From an uncultured Hyphomicrobiales bacterium (GTDB taxonomy: Bacteria; Pseudomonadota; Alphaproteobacteria; Rhodospirillales; 2-12-FULL-67-15): a DNA stretch of 64,000 nucleotides. A program made the position numbers and the translations under genes. Below are positions 42,567 through 54,772 of the stretch, one piece after another. The stretch is from assembly GCA_964412955.1 (NCBI GenBank), contig CAYPQV010000001.1, forward strand, positions 138,635-202,634, read 5' to 3'. The notes beneath the pieces were generated by a model. It saw only the letters and a program-made list of their open reading frames with translations, ran no database searches and was not told where the DNA came from. Within the stretch, counting starts at the first letter, position 1, and each line of letters opens with the position of its first letter.

Positions 42567-42629
42567 TCGGTCGGGCCCTGGAATGATCGCCCCCTGGAAC
42601 GTACATATCTTTTAGCCGACAATGCGCCC

Positions 42630-43367
42630 ATGAAACGCCTCGATTGGTTCGCCAACCCCGCCCGATTTCTCCGGCTCGCCCGCGCCGTCCAGCCGTGGGC
42701 GGCGGGCGTCGCGCTGGTTGCCGCCGCCGCCGGCCTCTATCTCGCCCTCTTCGCCTCGCCCGCCGACTACCAGCAGGGCGAAAGCGTGCGCATCATGTAC
42801 GTCCACGTGCCGTCGGCGTGGATGGCGCTGTTCTGCTACACCGCGCTCGCGGGGGCGTCCGCCGTCGCCTTGATCTGGAAGCACCCGCTCGCCGACCTCG
42901 CCGCCAAGGCGACCGCGCCGGTCGGCGCCGCGTTCACCTTCCTCGCGCTGCTGACCGGCTCGCTCTGGGGCAAGCCGATGTGGGGGACGTGGTGGGTGTG
43001 GGACGCGCGGCTGACCTCGGTGCTGGTGCTGTTCTTCCTCTATCTCGGCTACATCGCCCTCAACGGCGCGTTCGACGACCCGACGCGCGGGGCCAAGGCT
43101 TCGGCGGTGCTCGCCCTGGTCGGCTTCGTCAACGTGCCGATCATCAAGTTTTCGGTCGACTGGTGGAACACGCTGCACCAGCCGGCGAGCGTGCTGCGCG
43201 CGGGCGGGCCCGCCATCCACGAAAGCATGCTGGCGCCGCTGCTCCTGATGGCGCTCGCGTTCAAGGCCTATTACGTCTGGGTTCTCCTGATCCGCATCCG
43301 GGCCGAGATCGCGGCCGGCAAGATCCGCGCCGCGCGGCTGCGCGAAACCCGGGTGGCCGCGTCGTGA
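42630..43367 (+). CDS. ccmC: Haem lyase/exporter subunit CcmC
   Basis: The WWD motif 'WGKPMWGTWWVWDARLTS' plus conserved His residues. Confidence 0.93.
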   Translation: MKRLDWFANPARFLRLARAVQPWAAGVALVAAAAGLYLALFASPADYQQGESVRIMYVHVPSAWMALFCYTALAGASAVALIWKHPLADLAAKATAPVGAAFTFLALLTGSLWGKPMWGTWWVWDARLTSVLVLFFLYLGYIALNGAFDDPTRGAKASAVLALVGFVNVPIIKFSVDWWNTLHQPASVLRAGGPAIHESMLAPLLLMALAFKAYYVWVLLIRIRAEIAAGKIRAARLRETRVAAS

Positions 43368-43537
43368 GCGATCTCGCCTCGTATATCGCCATGGGCGGCT
43401 ACGGCGCCTTCGTCTGGCCGAGCTTCGCCGTGACGCTCGCCGTTCTGATCCTGGTCTGGTTCGCGAGCGACCGCCAGCTCAAGCGCAACGAACAGGCGCT
43501 CGCCGAAATGGAAAGACACGGGAAGGGTTCGCGATGA
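43364..43537 (+). CDS. ccmD: Haem exporter protein CcmD
   Basis: A 57-aa single-TM protein, 'YGAFVWPSFAVTLAVLILVW'. Its GTG overlaps the ccmC stop (GTGA) and its own stop overlaps the ccmE ATG. Confidence 0.7.
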   Translation: MSDLASYIAMGGYGAFVWPSFAVTLAVLILVWFASDRQLKRNEQALAEMERHGKGSR

Positions 43538-44007
43538 AATCCGGCCTGAAACCGAAGCACCGCCGCCTCGTCTTCGTCGGCATCGCCATGGCGCTGCTCG
43601 CGGCCGCGACCGGCCTGGTCCTGAGCGCGCTCCGGGAGAACATCGTTTTCTTCTACAGCCCGAGCGACATCGTCGCCAAGCCGCCCGCGCCCGACCGGCG
43701 CATCCGCGTCGGCGGCCTGGTCGAGGCGGGCAGCGTCGAGAAGGCGGGCGGCGGGCTGGTCCGCTTCCGCATCACCGACACGGCGCAAACGGTCGCGGTC
43801 GGCTATCGCGGGATTCTTCCCGACCTGTTCCGCGAGGGCCAAGGGGTCGTGGTCCAGGGCAAGTTCGCGAACGGCGCGTTTACCGCCGACGAGGTGCTCG
43901 CCAAGCACGACGAGAACTACATGCCGCGCGAGGTTTCCGACGCGATCAAGAAATCCGGCCAATGGAAACCGGACGGAAACCCCGAGAGCAAGGGAACCAA
44001 GCCATGA
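43534..44007 (+). CDS. ccmE: Haem chaperone CcmE
   Basis: 'IRVGGLVEAGSV' and the haem-binding 'VLAKHDENYMP' His motif. Confidence 0.93.
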   Translation: MKSGLKPKHRRLVFVGIAMALLAAATGLVLSALRENIVFFYSPSDIVAKPPAPDRRIRVGGLVEAGSVEKAGGGLVRFRITDTAQTVAVGYRGILPDLFREGQGVVVQGKFANGAFTADEVLAKHDENYMPREVSDAIKKSGQWKPDGNPESKGTKP

Positions 44008-45980
44008 TCGCCGAAGCCGGACATTTCGCCCTCGTTCTCGCCCTCATGGTCGCCGTCGTCCAGGCGTCGCTGCCGCTGATCGGCGCGACCCGCGGCGACG
44101 CGACGCTGATGGCCCTCGATGCCCCCGCCGCGCTCGCGCAGGCATTGCTGGTCGCGTTCGCCTTCGGCGCCCTGACCTATTCGTTCGTGGTGTCCGACTT
44201 CTCGCTCCAGGTGGTGGCGGGCAATTCCAATTCCGCGATTCCGCTGCTCTACAAGATTTCCGGCGTGTGGGGCAACCACGAGGGCTCGATGCTGCTCTGG
44301 GTGCTGATTCTGGCCGTGTTCGGTCTCGCGGTCGCGCTGTTCGGCGGCAACCTGCCGCCCGCGTTCCGCGCGCGCGTGCTCGCGGTGCAGGCGGCGGTCG
44401 CGATCGGCTTTTATCTCTTCATGCTGCTGACCTCGAATCCGTTCGCGCGCCTGGTGCCCGCGCCCGCCGACGGCCGCGACCTCAATCCGCTGCTGCAGGA
44501 CCCCGGCCTCGCCTTCCATCCGCCGATGCTGTACCTCGGTTACGTCGGGTTCTCGATGGCGTTTTCGTTCGCCATCGCCGCCCTGATCGAAGGCCGGGTC
44601 GACGCCGCCTGGGCGCGCTGGGTGCGCCCCTGGACGCTGGCGGCGTGGTGCTTCCTGACCGGCGGCATCGCGCTCGGCTCGTGGTGGGCGTATTACGAAC
44701 TCGGCTGGGGCGGCTGGTGGTACTGGGACCCGGTCGAGAACGCCTCGTTCATGCCGTGGCTCGCCGGTACCGCGCTGCTGCATTCGGCGATCGTGGTCGA
44801 GAAGCGCGACGCGCTCAGGGGCTGGACCGTCTTTCTCGCCATCCTCGCGTTCTCGCTCAGCCTGCTCGGCACCTTCCTGGTGCGCTCGGGCGTGCTCACG
44901 TCGGTGCACGCGTTCGCGACCGATCCCAAGCGCGGCGTGTTCATTCTCCTTCTTCTCGTGCTGGTGACCGGCGGATCGTTCGCGCTGTTCGCGTGGCGCG
45001 GGCCCAAGCTCGCGGGCGGCGGGCTGTTCCAGCCGGTGTCGCGCGAAGGAAGCCTGCTCCTCAACAACCTGCTGCTCGCGACCGCAGCGGCCGCCGTCCT
45101 GCTCGGCACGCTTTATCCGCTGTTCATCGACGCCATCGGCGCGGGCAAGATTTCCGTGGGCCCGCCCTTCTTCAACGCCGTATTCATCCCGCTCGCGGCG
45201 CCGATGATCGCGGTCATGGCGATCGGGCCGTTCCTGGGCTGGAAGCGGGCCGAGGCCGTGCCGGCGCTTGCCCGTCTCGCCGGGGCCGGTTTTGCCGCGT
45301 TCGCGGCGGGGGCGCTCGCGCTCTGGCTGATGGGCACCAAGGAACCCTTGGGCGCGCTCGGCCTCGCGCTCGCGACCTGGCTGGCGCTCGGCACGCTTGC
45401 CGAACTCGCCGAGCGCACGCGCCTGTTCCGCGCGCCCGCCGCCGAAAGTTTCGCGCGCTTCCGCCGCATCCCGCGCGCGAGTCTCGGCATGACCTTGGCG
45501 CACCTGGGTCTCGCGTTCGCCATCGCCGGCATGGCGGGCACGGCGTGGAAGGAAGAAAAAATCCAGGCCATGCGCCCGGGCGAGACCGCCGCGGTCGGCG
45601 GCTTCGCCCTCGAATTCCGGGGGGCGCGCGAAATCCGCGGGCCCAATTACACCGCGACCGAAGGCCTGTTCGTCGCCCGCCGGGACGGGCGGGACATCGC
45701 CGTCATGCGCCCGGAAAAGCGCGTCTACAACGTTCAGGGCATGCCGACGACGGAAGCGGCGATCCGCTCGACGCTCGCGGGCGATCTCTACGTCGTGATC
45801 GGCGACGCCGAGGGTGCCGGTGCCTACGTCACGCGCCTTTATTTCAATCCGCTGGTGGCGTGGATGTGGATCGGGGCGATGACCATGATTCTGGGCGGCG
45901 TCTTGAGCGTTTCCGATCGGCGCTACCGCGTCGGCGCCCCGGACCGGATCCGCCGCGCCGCCGTCGCGGCCAAGGCATGA
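44004..45980 (+). CDS. ccmF: Cytochrome c-type biogenesis protein CcmF
   Basis: The WWD motif 'LGWGGWWYWDPVENAS' in a polytopic protein of 658 aa. The ATG overlaps the ccmE stop. Confidence 0.95.
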   Translation: MIAEAGHFALVLALMVAVVQASLPLIGATRGDATLMALDAPAALAQALLVAFAFGALTYSFVVSDFSLQVVAGNSNSAIPLLYKISGVWGNHEGSMLLWVLILAVFGLAVALFGGNLPPAFRARVLAVQAAVAIGFYLFMLLTSNPFARLVPAPADGRDLNPLLQDPGLAFHPPMLYLGYVGFSMAFSFAIAALIEGRVDAAWARWVRPWTLAAWCFLTGGIALGSWWAYYELGWGGWWYWDPVENASFMPWLAGTALLHSAIVVEKRDALRGWTVFLAILAFSLSLLGTFLVRSGVLTSVHAFATDPKRGVFILLLLVLVTGGSFALFAWRGPKLAGGGLFQPVSREGSLLLNNLLLATAAAAVLLGTLYPLFIDAIGAGKISVGPPFFNAVFIPLAAPMIAVMAIGPFLGWKRAEAVPALARLAGAGFAAFAAGALALWLMGTKEPLGALGLALATWLALGTLAELAERTRLFRAPAAESFARFRRIPRASLGMTLAHLGLAFAIAGMAGTAWKEEKIQAMRPGETAAVGGFALEFRGAREIRGPNYTATEGLFVARRDGRDIAVMRPEKRVYNVQGMPTTEAAIRSTLAGDLYVVIGDAEGAGAYVTRLYFNPLVAWMWIGAMTMILGGVLSVSDRRYRVGAPDRIRRAAVAAKA

Positions 45981-46001
45981 CCCTCATCCCATGAATCGGC
46001 C

Positions 46002-46553
46002 ATGAACCGGCGCGCCTGGCTGCTGCTCCCGCTGCTGATTTTCGTCGGTCTCGCCGGCTTCTTCGCCGTCGGTCTGACCAAGGACCCGCGCGTGCTTCGT
46101 TCGGTCCTCATCAACCAGCCGGTGCCGGATTTCGAGTTGCCGCCGATCAAGGGACGAGCGCGGGGATTTTCCAGCGCCGACCTGAAAGGCCAGGTGTCGC
46201 TGGTCAACATCTTCGGATCGTGGTGCGTCGCCTGCCAGGTCGAACACCCGTTCTTGATGAAGATCAAGGAACGCGGTCTGATCCCGCTCTACGGCATCGA
46301 TTGGCGCGAGGAGAGCCCCGACGCCGGACCCAATTGGCTCAAGCGCTACGGCGATCCCTACACGCTGATCGGCGACGATCCCCGCAGCCGCGCGGCGATC
46401 GCGTTCGGCGTGACCGGTGCGCCGGAAACCTTCATCGTCGACGGCAACGCCGTGATCCGCTACAAGCACGTCGGCCCGATCACGCCCGAAGCCTGGGACA
46501 AGACGCTGTGGCCGCTGATCCAGGAACTTCGCCGGGAGGCGCGCGGGTCATGA
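46002..46553 (+). CDS. ccmG: Thiol:disulfide oxidoreductase CcmG/DsbE
   Basis: The thioredoxin motif 'FGSWCVACQVEHP' and 'GVTGAPETFIVD'. Confidence 0.9.
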   Translation: MNRRAWLLLPLLIFVGLAGFFAVGLTKDPRVLRSVLINQPVPDFELPPIKGRARGFSSADLKGQVSLVNIFGSWCVACQVEHPFLMKIKERGLIPLYGIDWREESPDAGPNWLKRYGDPYTLIGDDPRSRAAIAFGVTGAPETFIVDGNAVIRYKHVGPITPEAWDKTLWPLIQELRREARGS

Positions 46554-47044
46554 ATCGCGTTCTCGCTCTCGCCCTCGTCGCCGCGCTCGCGCTGGTTTCC
46601 GCGCCTTCGGCGCGCGCGGTCGATCCGTCCGAGGTCCTGCCCAATCCCGTCGACGAGGCGCGCGCGCGCGACATCAGCAAGAACCTCCGCTGCCTCGTCT
46701 GCCAGAACCAGTCGATCGACGATTCCGACGCGCAGCTGGCGCGCGACTTGCGCCTTCTGGTGCGCGACCGGATCAGGGCGGGCGATTCGGACAACGACGT
46801 GATCGCCTATGTGGTGTCGCGCTACGGCGACTTCGTGCTGTTGAAGCCGCCGCTCAAGGCGGCGACGGTGGCGTTGTGGCTGGGTCCGGCGGCGATCGCG
46901 CTCGGCGCGGTTTTCGCGGCGTTCGCCTTCTTCCAGCGCCGGCGGAAGTCCCCGGCCGTAACCGCGGCGGCGCCGCTGTCCGAGGCGGAAAAGCGTCGCC
47001 TCGCCGCCCTCCTCAAGGGCGACGCGAAAGACGCCGGGCCATGA
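46550..47044 (+). CDS. ccmH: Cytochrome c biogenesis protein CcmH (CycL)
   Basis: A signal peptide plus the 'LRCLVCQNQSIDDSDA' motif. The ATG overlaps the ccmG stop. Confidence 0.9.
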   Translation: MNRVLALALVAALALVSAPSARAVDPSEVLPNPVDEARARDISKNLRCLVCQNQSIDDSDAQLARDLRLLVRDRIRAGDSDNDVIAYVVSRYGDFVLLKPPLKAATVALWLGPAAIALGAVFAAFAFFQRRRKSPAVTAAAPLSEAEKRRLAALLKGDAKDAGP

Positions 47045-48216
47045 CCGAGTTCGTGTTGTTCGCCATACTGCTTTCGGGTGCCGCCGCGGCTCTGCTCGTG
47101 TCGCCGCTGCTCCGGCGCGCGCACCGACCGGCGACCCGCGCCGAGTTCGACCTCGCCGTGTTCCGCGACCAGCTCGCCGAAATCGAACGCGACAAGGAGC
47201 GCGGACTGCTCGATGCGAAGCAGGCGGAAGCGGCGCGCCTCGAAGTCGAACGGCGCATCCTCGCCTCCGCCGACGAAGCCGAACGGGCCGCGCGCCCGTC
47301 CGGAAAAGGGCGCTGGGCGGTGGTGGCCGCCGCCGCCGGGGCGCCCATCGCCGCCGCGATCGTGTACCTGGTGCTCGGCGCGGCCGGAATGCCGGACGCG
47401 CCCCTGGCGGCGCGGCCCGTTTCCCCCGAGGCGGCGGGGAGCCCGTCGGCCGAGGCGCGGTTGCGCGAGCAGATTCCCGACCTCGACGCCGCGCTCGTCC
47501 GCCTGGAAGAACGTCTCCGCCGCGAACCGGACGATCAGCGCGGCTGGCTGATGCTCGGGCGCACCTACATGGTGATGGAGCGCTACAACGACGCGGCCGC
47601 CGCCTTCGCCCGCGCCAACGCCGCCGACCGCGATCCCCGGATCGCGACCGAGGAAGCCGAAGCCCTGATCCTGGCCAACGGCAGCACGGTGCCGCCGCTG
47701 GCCCTCAAGATCCTCAACGAGGTGATCGCCGCCGATCCGCGCGAGCCGCGCGCGCGCTACTACATCGCCGTCGCCAAGGCGCAAAGCGGCGATCTCAAGG
47801 GCGCGGCGCAGGAATGGACCGACCTGATCGCGCTTTCGCCCGCCGACGCCGAATGGGTGCCGATGATCCGCGAGCAGATCGCGGAAGCGGCCAAGCAGTT
47901 GGGCGTGAAGCCGGACTCGTTCGCGCCTTCCGCCCAGGCGCGCGCCCTGCAGCAAAGTGCACCGCTGGCACCGTCGGCGGCGGTCCCGCAGCGCCAGGAA
48001 TCCGTCGATCGCCCGCCGGCCGGCGAGGCGGCGCTTTCCGCCGGCCAGGAAGAAATGATTCGCGGGATGGTCGAGCGCCTCGCCCAGCGCCTCAAGGACA
48101 ATCCCGACGACATCGAGGGCTGGCGCATGCTCGCACGCTCCTACGAAGTGCTCGGCCAGGCCGACAAGGCCAAGGAAGCGCTCGCCAAGGCCGACGCCCT
48201 GGCGCGCAAACGCTGA
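47041..48216 (+). CDS. ccmI: Cytochrome c biogenesis protein CcmI (CycH), TPR-containing
   Basis: An N-terminal TM, then 'FRDQLAEIERDKERGLL', then TPR-like repeats ('GWLMLGRTYMVMERYNDAAAAF'). The ATG overlaps the ccmH stop. Confidence 0.75.
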   Translation: MTEFVLFAILLSGAAAALLVSPLLRRAHRPATRAEFDLAVFRDQLAEIERDKERGLLDAKQAEAARLEVERRILASADEAERAARPSGKGRWAVVAAAAGAPIAAAIVYLVLGAAGMPDAPLAARPVSPEAAGSPSAEARLREQIPDLDAALVRLEERLRREPDDQRGWLMLGRTYMVMERYNDAAAAFARANAADRDPRIATEEAEALILANGSTVPPLALKILNEVIAADPREPRARYYIAVAKAQSGDLKGAAQEWTDLIALSPADAEWVPMIREQIAEAAKQLGVKPDSFAPSAQARALQQSAPLAPSAAVPQRQESVDRPPAGEAALSAGQEEMIRGMVERLAQRLKDNPDDIEGWRMLARSYEVLGQADKAKEALAKADALARKR

Positions 48217-48234
48217 AGCGGAAGATTGCCTTCC

Positions 48235-48687
48235 ATGACACGCCGCGCGATCGCGATCGGACTGACCCTCGCCGCCCTCGCGGTCCCCGGCGCGTCCGCC
48301 CGCGCCGCCGAGGCGTTCACCCTCGACTGCCGCGTCACCGAAACCGAGAAGATCGACGCGGGTGCCCCCGCGACGCGCAACCACGCCTTGATCGTGAGCG
48401 TCGATTTGGGCGCCCGGAAATTTTTCGTGTTCGAGGATTCGTCGCGCAAGTATTCCTCCGGCCGGGTCGAATCTCTCCGCGCCCTCGACGCGGGCTCCGC
48501 TCAGCTGACGGGGCCAAACGAGTTCCGTCACGGCACCGAACACGTCAAGGGCAGCGGGCTCAGCCTCGACCTCGGCACGCTCGCGCTCGCCGAAACGAAC
48601 GTGCTGGTCGACGGGCGCACCCGGATCGAGACCACGTTGCGCGGGGCTTGCGAAAAAGCGCCCTATCGCCCCCTGCCCGCGCGCTGA
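48235..48687 (+). CDS. Hypothetical secreted protein
   Basis: The signal-like N-terminus is '[24 protein letters not shown]'. It has two Cys residues and GC3-rich codons, but I recognise no family. Confidence 0.5.
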   Translation: MTRRAIAIGLTLAALAVPGASARAAEAFTLDCRVTETEKIDAGAPATRNHALIVSVDLGARKFFVFEDSSRKYSSGRVESLRALDAGSAQLTGPNEFRHGTEHVKGSGLSLDLGTLALAETNVLVDGRTRIETTLRGACEKAPYRPLPAR

Positions 48688-48775
48688 TTCCGCCCGACTT
48701 TTCCCTGTTGTCGGGGAAGCCCTTTCCATATTAGGGTTTTGGAATGTAAATGACGCGGACGCAGGGGGCCCGATC

Positions 48776-49981
48776 ATGGCGGCAAATCCGTTCAAGACCA
48801 TCGACGACTTCGACGTGAAGGGAAAGCGCGTGCTGGTGCGCGCCGATCTCAACGTGCCGATGAAGGACGGCCAGGTCTCCGACCTGACCCGGCTCGAACG
48901 CACCGCGCCGACCATCCGCGAACTCGCGAAGAAGGGCGCCAAGGTGGTGGTGCTCGCCCACTTCGGCCGCCCCAAGGGAAAGCCGGTGCCGGACATGTCG
49001 TTGAAGCCGGTCGCCGACGCGCTCGGCAAGGTGATGGGCCGCCCGGTGCCGTTCGCGACGGATTGCGTCGGCGCGCCGGCGGCCGCGACCGTCGCCGGCC
49101 TCAAGGACGGCGAGGTGGCGGTGCTGGAAAACCTCCGCTTCCACGGCGCGGAGGAAAAAAACGATTCCGCGTTCGCGGGCCAACTGGCGGAACTCGGCGA
49201 TCTCTACGTCAACGACGCGTTTTCCTGCGCGCACCGGGCGCACGCCTCGACCGAGGCGATCGCGCGCCTTCTGCCCGCCGCCGCCGGGCGGCTGATGCAG
49301 GCGGAACTGGAAGCGCTGGGCCGCGCGCTGGAAGCGCCCAAGCGGCCGCTCGCGGCGCTGGTCGGCGGCGCCAAGGTTTCGACCAAGATGGAGGTGCTCG
49401 GCCACCTCGCGGCCATGGTCGACGTGCTGATCATCGGCGGCGGCATGGCCAACACGTTCCTGTTCGCGGCCGGAGTCGACGTCGGCAAGTCGCTCTGCGA
49501 AAAGGACATGGCGATCCAGGCGCGCGCCATCCGCGAAGCCGCCGCCAAGCGCGGCTGCCAGGTGGTGCTGCCGGCGGACGCGGTCGTCGCCCGCGAATTC
49601 AAGGAAGGCGCGGCCGCGCGCGCCGTCGCCCTCGACGCGGTGCCGGCCGATTCCATGATCCTCGACGTCGGGCCGAAATCGATCGCCGATCTCGCCAAGA
49701 CCCTCGCCGACTGCCGCACGCTGGTCTGGAACGGCCCGCTCGGCGCGTTCGAGATTCCGCCGTTCGACGCCGGCACCAACGCCATCGCGCGCGAAGCGGC
49801 GAAACTGACCAAGGCGGGCAAGCTGCTCAGCGTCGCCGGCGGCGGCGACACGGTCGCGGCGCTGGCGCACGCGGGCGTGGTCGAGGACTTCTCCTACGTC
49901 TCGACCGCGGGCGGCGCGTTCCTCGAATGGCTCGAAGGCAAGGACCTGCCCGGCGTCGCGATCCTGAAAGAGCGCGCTTAG
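48776..49981 (+). CDS. pgk: Phosphoglycerate kinase
   Basis: '[11 protein letters not shown]', 'HFGRPKG', 'ENLRFH' and '[14 protein letters not shown]'-type motifs. Confidence 0.97.
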   Translation: MAANPFKTIDDFDVKGKRVLVRADLNVPMKDGQVSDLTRLERTAPTIRELAKKGAKVVVLAHFGRPKGKPVPDMSLKPVADALGKVMGRPVPFATDCVGAPAAATVAGLKDGEVAVLENLRFHGAEEKNDSAFAGQLAELGDLYVNDAFSCAHRAHASTEAIARLLPAAAGRLMQAELEALGRALEAPKRPLAALVGGAKVSTKMEVLGHLAAMVDVLIIGGGMANTFLFAAGVDVGKSLCEKDMAIQARAIREAAAKRGCQVVLPADAVVAREFKEGAAARAVALDAVPADSMILDVGPKSIADLAKTLADCRTLVWNGPLGAFEIPPFDAGTNAIAREAAKLTKAGKLLSVAGGGDTVAALAHAGVVEDFSYVSTAGGAFLEWLEGKDLPGVAILKERA

Positions 49982-49989
49982 CTAGCCGA

Positions 49990-51936
49990 TCACGGCTTCC
50001 CGCCGCCCTTGCCGCCTTCGGGCTTGCGCGGCGCGTCCTTGGTGGGCGCGGCGGTCGCCGGGCGCACCCGCGCCAGCACGTCGTCGAGCATGTGGTGGAG
50101 ATACTCGGACTGCGACAGCAGCTGCTGGGTCGCGTCCAGCGCCTGGTTCGAGGCCCCCGCCGCCACCTCCTGCGCGATCCCGGTGACGCCGACCAGCGCG
50201 GCGTGCGCGGCCTGAACCGTGCGCTCGGCGCGATCGACCATGTCACGCATCTGATCGAAGCGGGCGCTCGATTGGGCTTCGGCGGAATCCGCCGGCAGCT
50301 TCACGTCGGGCGAAAACAGCACCAGGTTGTCTTCCGCGCCGCCCGGCGTGCGCGCTTCGCGTACGCCCGCCTTGAAGGCGATCAGGTTCGCCTGGTCGCG
50401 GATGGCGGCGACGAGCGAGCCCATCTCGATCACCTTCTCGGTCGCCTCGGCGATGCCGCGCACCAGGTCCTCGGTCCGTTCCACGTCGCGGGTCGCGTTG
50501 CTGACCGCGCGGCTGAAATGGGCGAGCTTCTGGCCGAGGCTCGCGAACCGCCCCTTGGGATGGCCGAGCCCGGCGACGTCCTCGCCGGATTCCGGAGGCA
50601 ACTCCGACGGCGGTTCCGGCGGCGGCGCGAACAACGGAGAAGCGGCCTCTTCGACGGGCGCGGGCGGCGGAATCGGCGCGGGTTCGGGCGCAGGCGCAAG
50701 TTCGGGAAACAACATCGGCGCCGGGGCTTCGGCGGCGGGCGCCGGCGCGGCCGCGTGCGCCTCCGCGAGCGCGCGCTTGGCGTCGTCGAGTTCGGCCCGC
50801 ACGCGGTCGAGCTCGTCCAGCGTCGCGGCCCACTGGTCGAGGGCGCGCGCGACATGGCCGACCGCGTCGACGTTGCCGCGCACCGGGATCGGCACGTCGC
50901 GCTCGCCCGCGGCGAGGCGCGCGGCGGCCAGGGCCACCCGGCGGACCGGCGCATAGACGCTGCGCAGCAGCAGCGCCGCGAACAGCACCAGGAAGATCAG
51001 GATGCCGCCGGCGCCGCCCGCGACCGCGACCCGGGCGAAGGCGCGCGTGCGGGCCACGTTCTCGGCCGCGAGCGCCGTCGCCCGCTCGGCGGCGAGCACG
51101 ATTTCCTCCAGGCTCGGCCCCATGTAGGCGAAGACCTCGTCGAAGGCGCGGGTTTCGCGGTCGATCTTGAGCCGCGCGTTGGTCAGCGCCCCGGCGTCGG
51201 TTTCGTGGGTCTTGATCGAGGCCTCCAGCGCGGCCTTGTCGCGCGGCGTCACCTGCGCGGCGGCGACCAGCAGGCGGAGCGTTTCGTAGTTCTTCTCGAT
51301 CAGGGCGTGATCGACCTTGGTCTCCGGCAGCAGCGATTCGCGCACGATGCGGTTGACGCGCGCGATCTGGGTCATCGCGGCGGCGAGATTGAGCTCGCGG
51401 AACCGGGCTTCCAGCGCGCCCGCGGTCTTGGCCACGTCCCCGCGCAGGCCCTGGTCGGCGGAAAGCCCGATCAGGGTTTCGATCTTGACCGCCTCGGCGA
51501 AGTGGGAACCGTACTGGGCGAGCCCGTCGCGCACCGTGGCGACGTGCGATTGCAGCGGCTTGGCCGCCGGCAGGCCGTAGAGGGCATCGAGGGTGCGCGC
51601 CGCCTGCTCGCTCGCGGCGACCAGGGTTTCGCTCGCCGCCGGGTCCTTGCGCAGCAGGAAATCCTTTTCGTGCACGCGGAGTTGCAGGGTCTCGCGCCGC
51701 GCCGTTTCGGCGAGTCGGGCGAGCCGATGCGCCTGGGCCGTTTCGCCGAGGGCGCGTTCGACCAGCAGGTCGATGCGATAGAGAACGCCGCCGAGGCCGC
51801 CGATCAGCACCAGCCCGACGAAGACCAGCAGGCCCGCGCGCGAGCCGATCCGCGTGCCGCCCATGAACGAACGTTCGGCGTAGCCGCGCGCGCGCGGACC
51901 GGGAAGTTCGTCGGCAAGGGGGCGGCGGGCGCTCAT
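49990..51936 (-). CDS. Two-TM HAMP-domain sensor with a degenerate MCP-like C-terminal domain
   Basis: TM1 is 'AGLLVFVGLVLIGGLGGVL'. A ~270-aa helical periplasmic region follows, then TM2 and a HAMP domain ('RLAAGERDVPIPVRGNVDAVGHVARALDQW'). Next comes a Pro/Ala-rich linker. The tail 'IRDQANLIAFKAGVREAR' only loosely resembles the MCP hairpin-tip consensus. Confidence 0.55.
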   Translation of the reverse strand: MSARRPLADELPGPRARGYAERSFMGGTRIGSRAGLLVFVGLVLIGGLGGVLYRIDLLVERALGETAQAHRLARLAETARRETLQLRVHEKDFLLRKDPAASETLVAASEQAARTLDALYGLPAAKPLQSHVATVRDGLAQYGSHFAEAVKIETLIGLSADQGLRGDVAKTAGALEARFRELNLAAAMTQIARVNRIVRESLLPETKVDHALIEKNYETLRLLVAAAQVTPRDKAALEASIKTHETDAGALTNARLKIDRETRAFDEVFAYMGPSLEEIVLAAERATALAAENVARTRAFARVAVAGGAGGILIFLVLFAALLLRSVYAPVRRVALAAARLAAGERDVPIPVRGNVDAVGHVARALDQWAATLDELDRVRAELDDAKRALAEAHAAAPAPAAEAPAPMLFPELAPAPEPAPIPPPAPVEEAASPLFAPPPEPPSELPPESGEDVAGLGHPKGRFASLGQKLAHFSRAVSNATRDVERTEDLVRGIAEATEKVIEMGSLVAAIRDQANLIAFKAGVREARTPGGAEDNLVLFSPDVKLPADSAEAQSSARFDQMRDMVDRAERTVQAAHAALVGVTGIAQEVAAGASNQALDATQQLLSQSEYLHHMLDDVLARVRPATAAPTKDAPRKPEGGKGGGKP

Positions 51937-52009
51937 GGTTCCGTCCGTGGCGGGCGTTCCCGCCAGTGTAACCGATTAGGCTTGGCGGGTGAATCCCCGC
52001 GTGCCCGGG

Positions 52010-53836
<1,827 letters not shown>

Positions 53837-53908
53837 CGGGATTGTCCGCCCTCCCCCTAAGATGGCCGTTAACGAACCGTTAACCAAGGGGGGACTAGGG
53901 TGACGGGC

Positions 53909-54136
53909 ATGGCCGAAATCCCCGCGATCGGCGCCGCGCGCGTCACTTTCCCCGAAGCCCAGCTTCGCAGCCAGCGGACCCTGACCGAGGTCCGCGCCCA
54001 GGCGTCCGTCTACGCCGGCGAGGGCGACAGCCCCGAAGCGCACGCCGCGCTGAAGCGGCTTTCGCGGCTGCTCGATTCCGGCGTGCCGCTCCGGCCCAAC
54101 GTGCCGCGCGGATTCTATCTCAATTTCACCGTTTAA
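53909..54136 (+). CDS. Small hypothetical protein (75 aa)
   Basis: GC3-rich codon pattern. Its stop abuts the GTG of the DUF2141 gene. I recognise no family (the C-terminus is '[12 protein letters not shown]'). Confidence 0.4.
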   Translation: MAEIPAIGAARVTFPEAQLRSQRTLTEVRAQASVYAGEGDSPEAHAALKRLSRLLDSGVPLRPNVPRGFYLNFTV

Positions 54137-54559
54137 GTGATCCGGCTCGCGCTCGCCGCCCTGGTGCTGCTGGTCCCGGCGCGGGTTTGGGCGGCCGACC
54201 TCGCCGTCGAAGTGCTGAACCTCCGTTCCGACCGGGGCGAGGTCCGGGTCGGGCTGTTCGACGATCCCCGCACCTTTGCCACCGACGAGGGGAAAATCGC
54301 CGAGATCGTACTGAAGCCTTCGGGCGGCATCGCCCGGGGCGCGTTCGCGAACCTCGCCCCCGGCACCTACGCCATCGCCGCCTACCACGACGAAAACCTC
54401 AACCGGTCCTTCGACAAGGGATTTCTCGGCTGGCCGCTGGAAGGCTACGGCTTTTCCAACGACGCACCGGTGTTCCTGGGCGCGCCGCCGTTCGAGCGCG
54501 CCGCCTTCCCGATCGCCGCCCAAGGCGCGCGCGTGGTCTTTCGCATCGTGTATTGGTAA
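54137..54559 (+). CDS. DUF2141 domain protein (periplasmic)
   Basis: A signal peptide, then 'GEVRVGLFD', '[37 protein letters not shown]', which is the DUF2141 pattern. Confidence 0.8.
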   Translation: MIRLALAALVLLVPARVWAADLAVEVLNLRSDRGEVRVGLFDDPRTFATDEGKIAEIVLKPSGGIARGAFANLAPGTYAIAAYHDENLNRSFDKGFLGWPLEGYGFSNDAPVFLGAPPFERAAFPIAAQGARVVFRIVYW

Positions 54560-54569
54560 GCTCGGGCGC

Positions 54570-54767
54570 ATGACCGATCGCGCGCGGCTCGAATCCGTTC
54601 TCCGTATCCCGCTTTCCGAAACGATGGCCGACGAGGCCGCCGGTCTCGCCCGATCCGTCGCCGAGGCCGCGCATAAAGCCGCCGCGCCGCTTGCGCACGA
54701 GGCGCGCGATCCGACCGGGTTCCTCGATATGCTCGAATCCCTCGGCCGACCCGAAAAAAAGGAATAA
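54570..54767 (+). CDS. DUF4089/AtzG-like small acidic protein (putative amidase partner)
   Basis: A 65-aa Ala/Glu-rich helical protein that ends 5 nt before the amidase start. Its size and position match the AtzG/GatC-like small subunits found with AtzE-type amidases. The assignment rests on context, not on a recognised motif. Confidence 0.45.
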   Translation: MTDRARLESVLRIPLSETMADEAAGLARSVAEAAHKAAAPLAHEARDPTGFLDMLESLGRPEKKE

Positions 54768-54772
54768 CCGGC

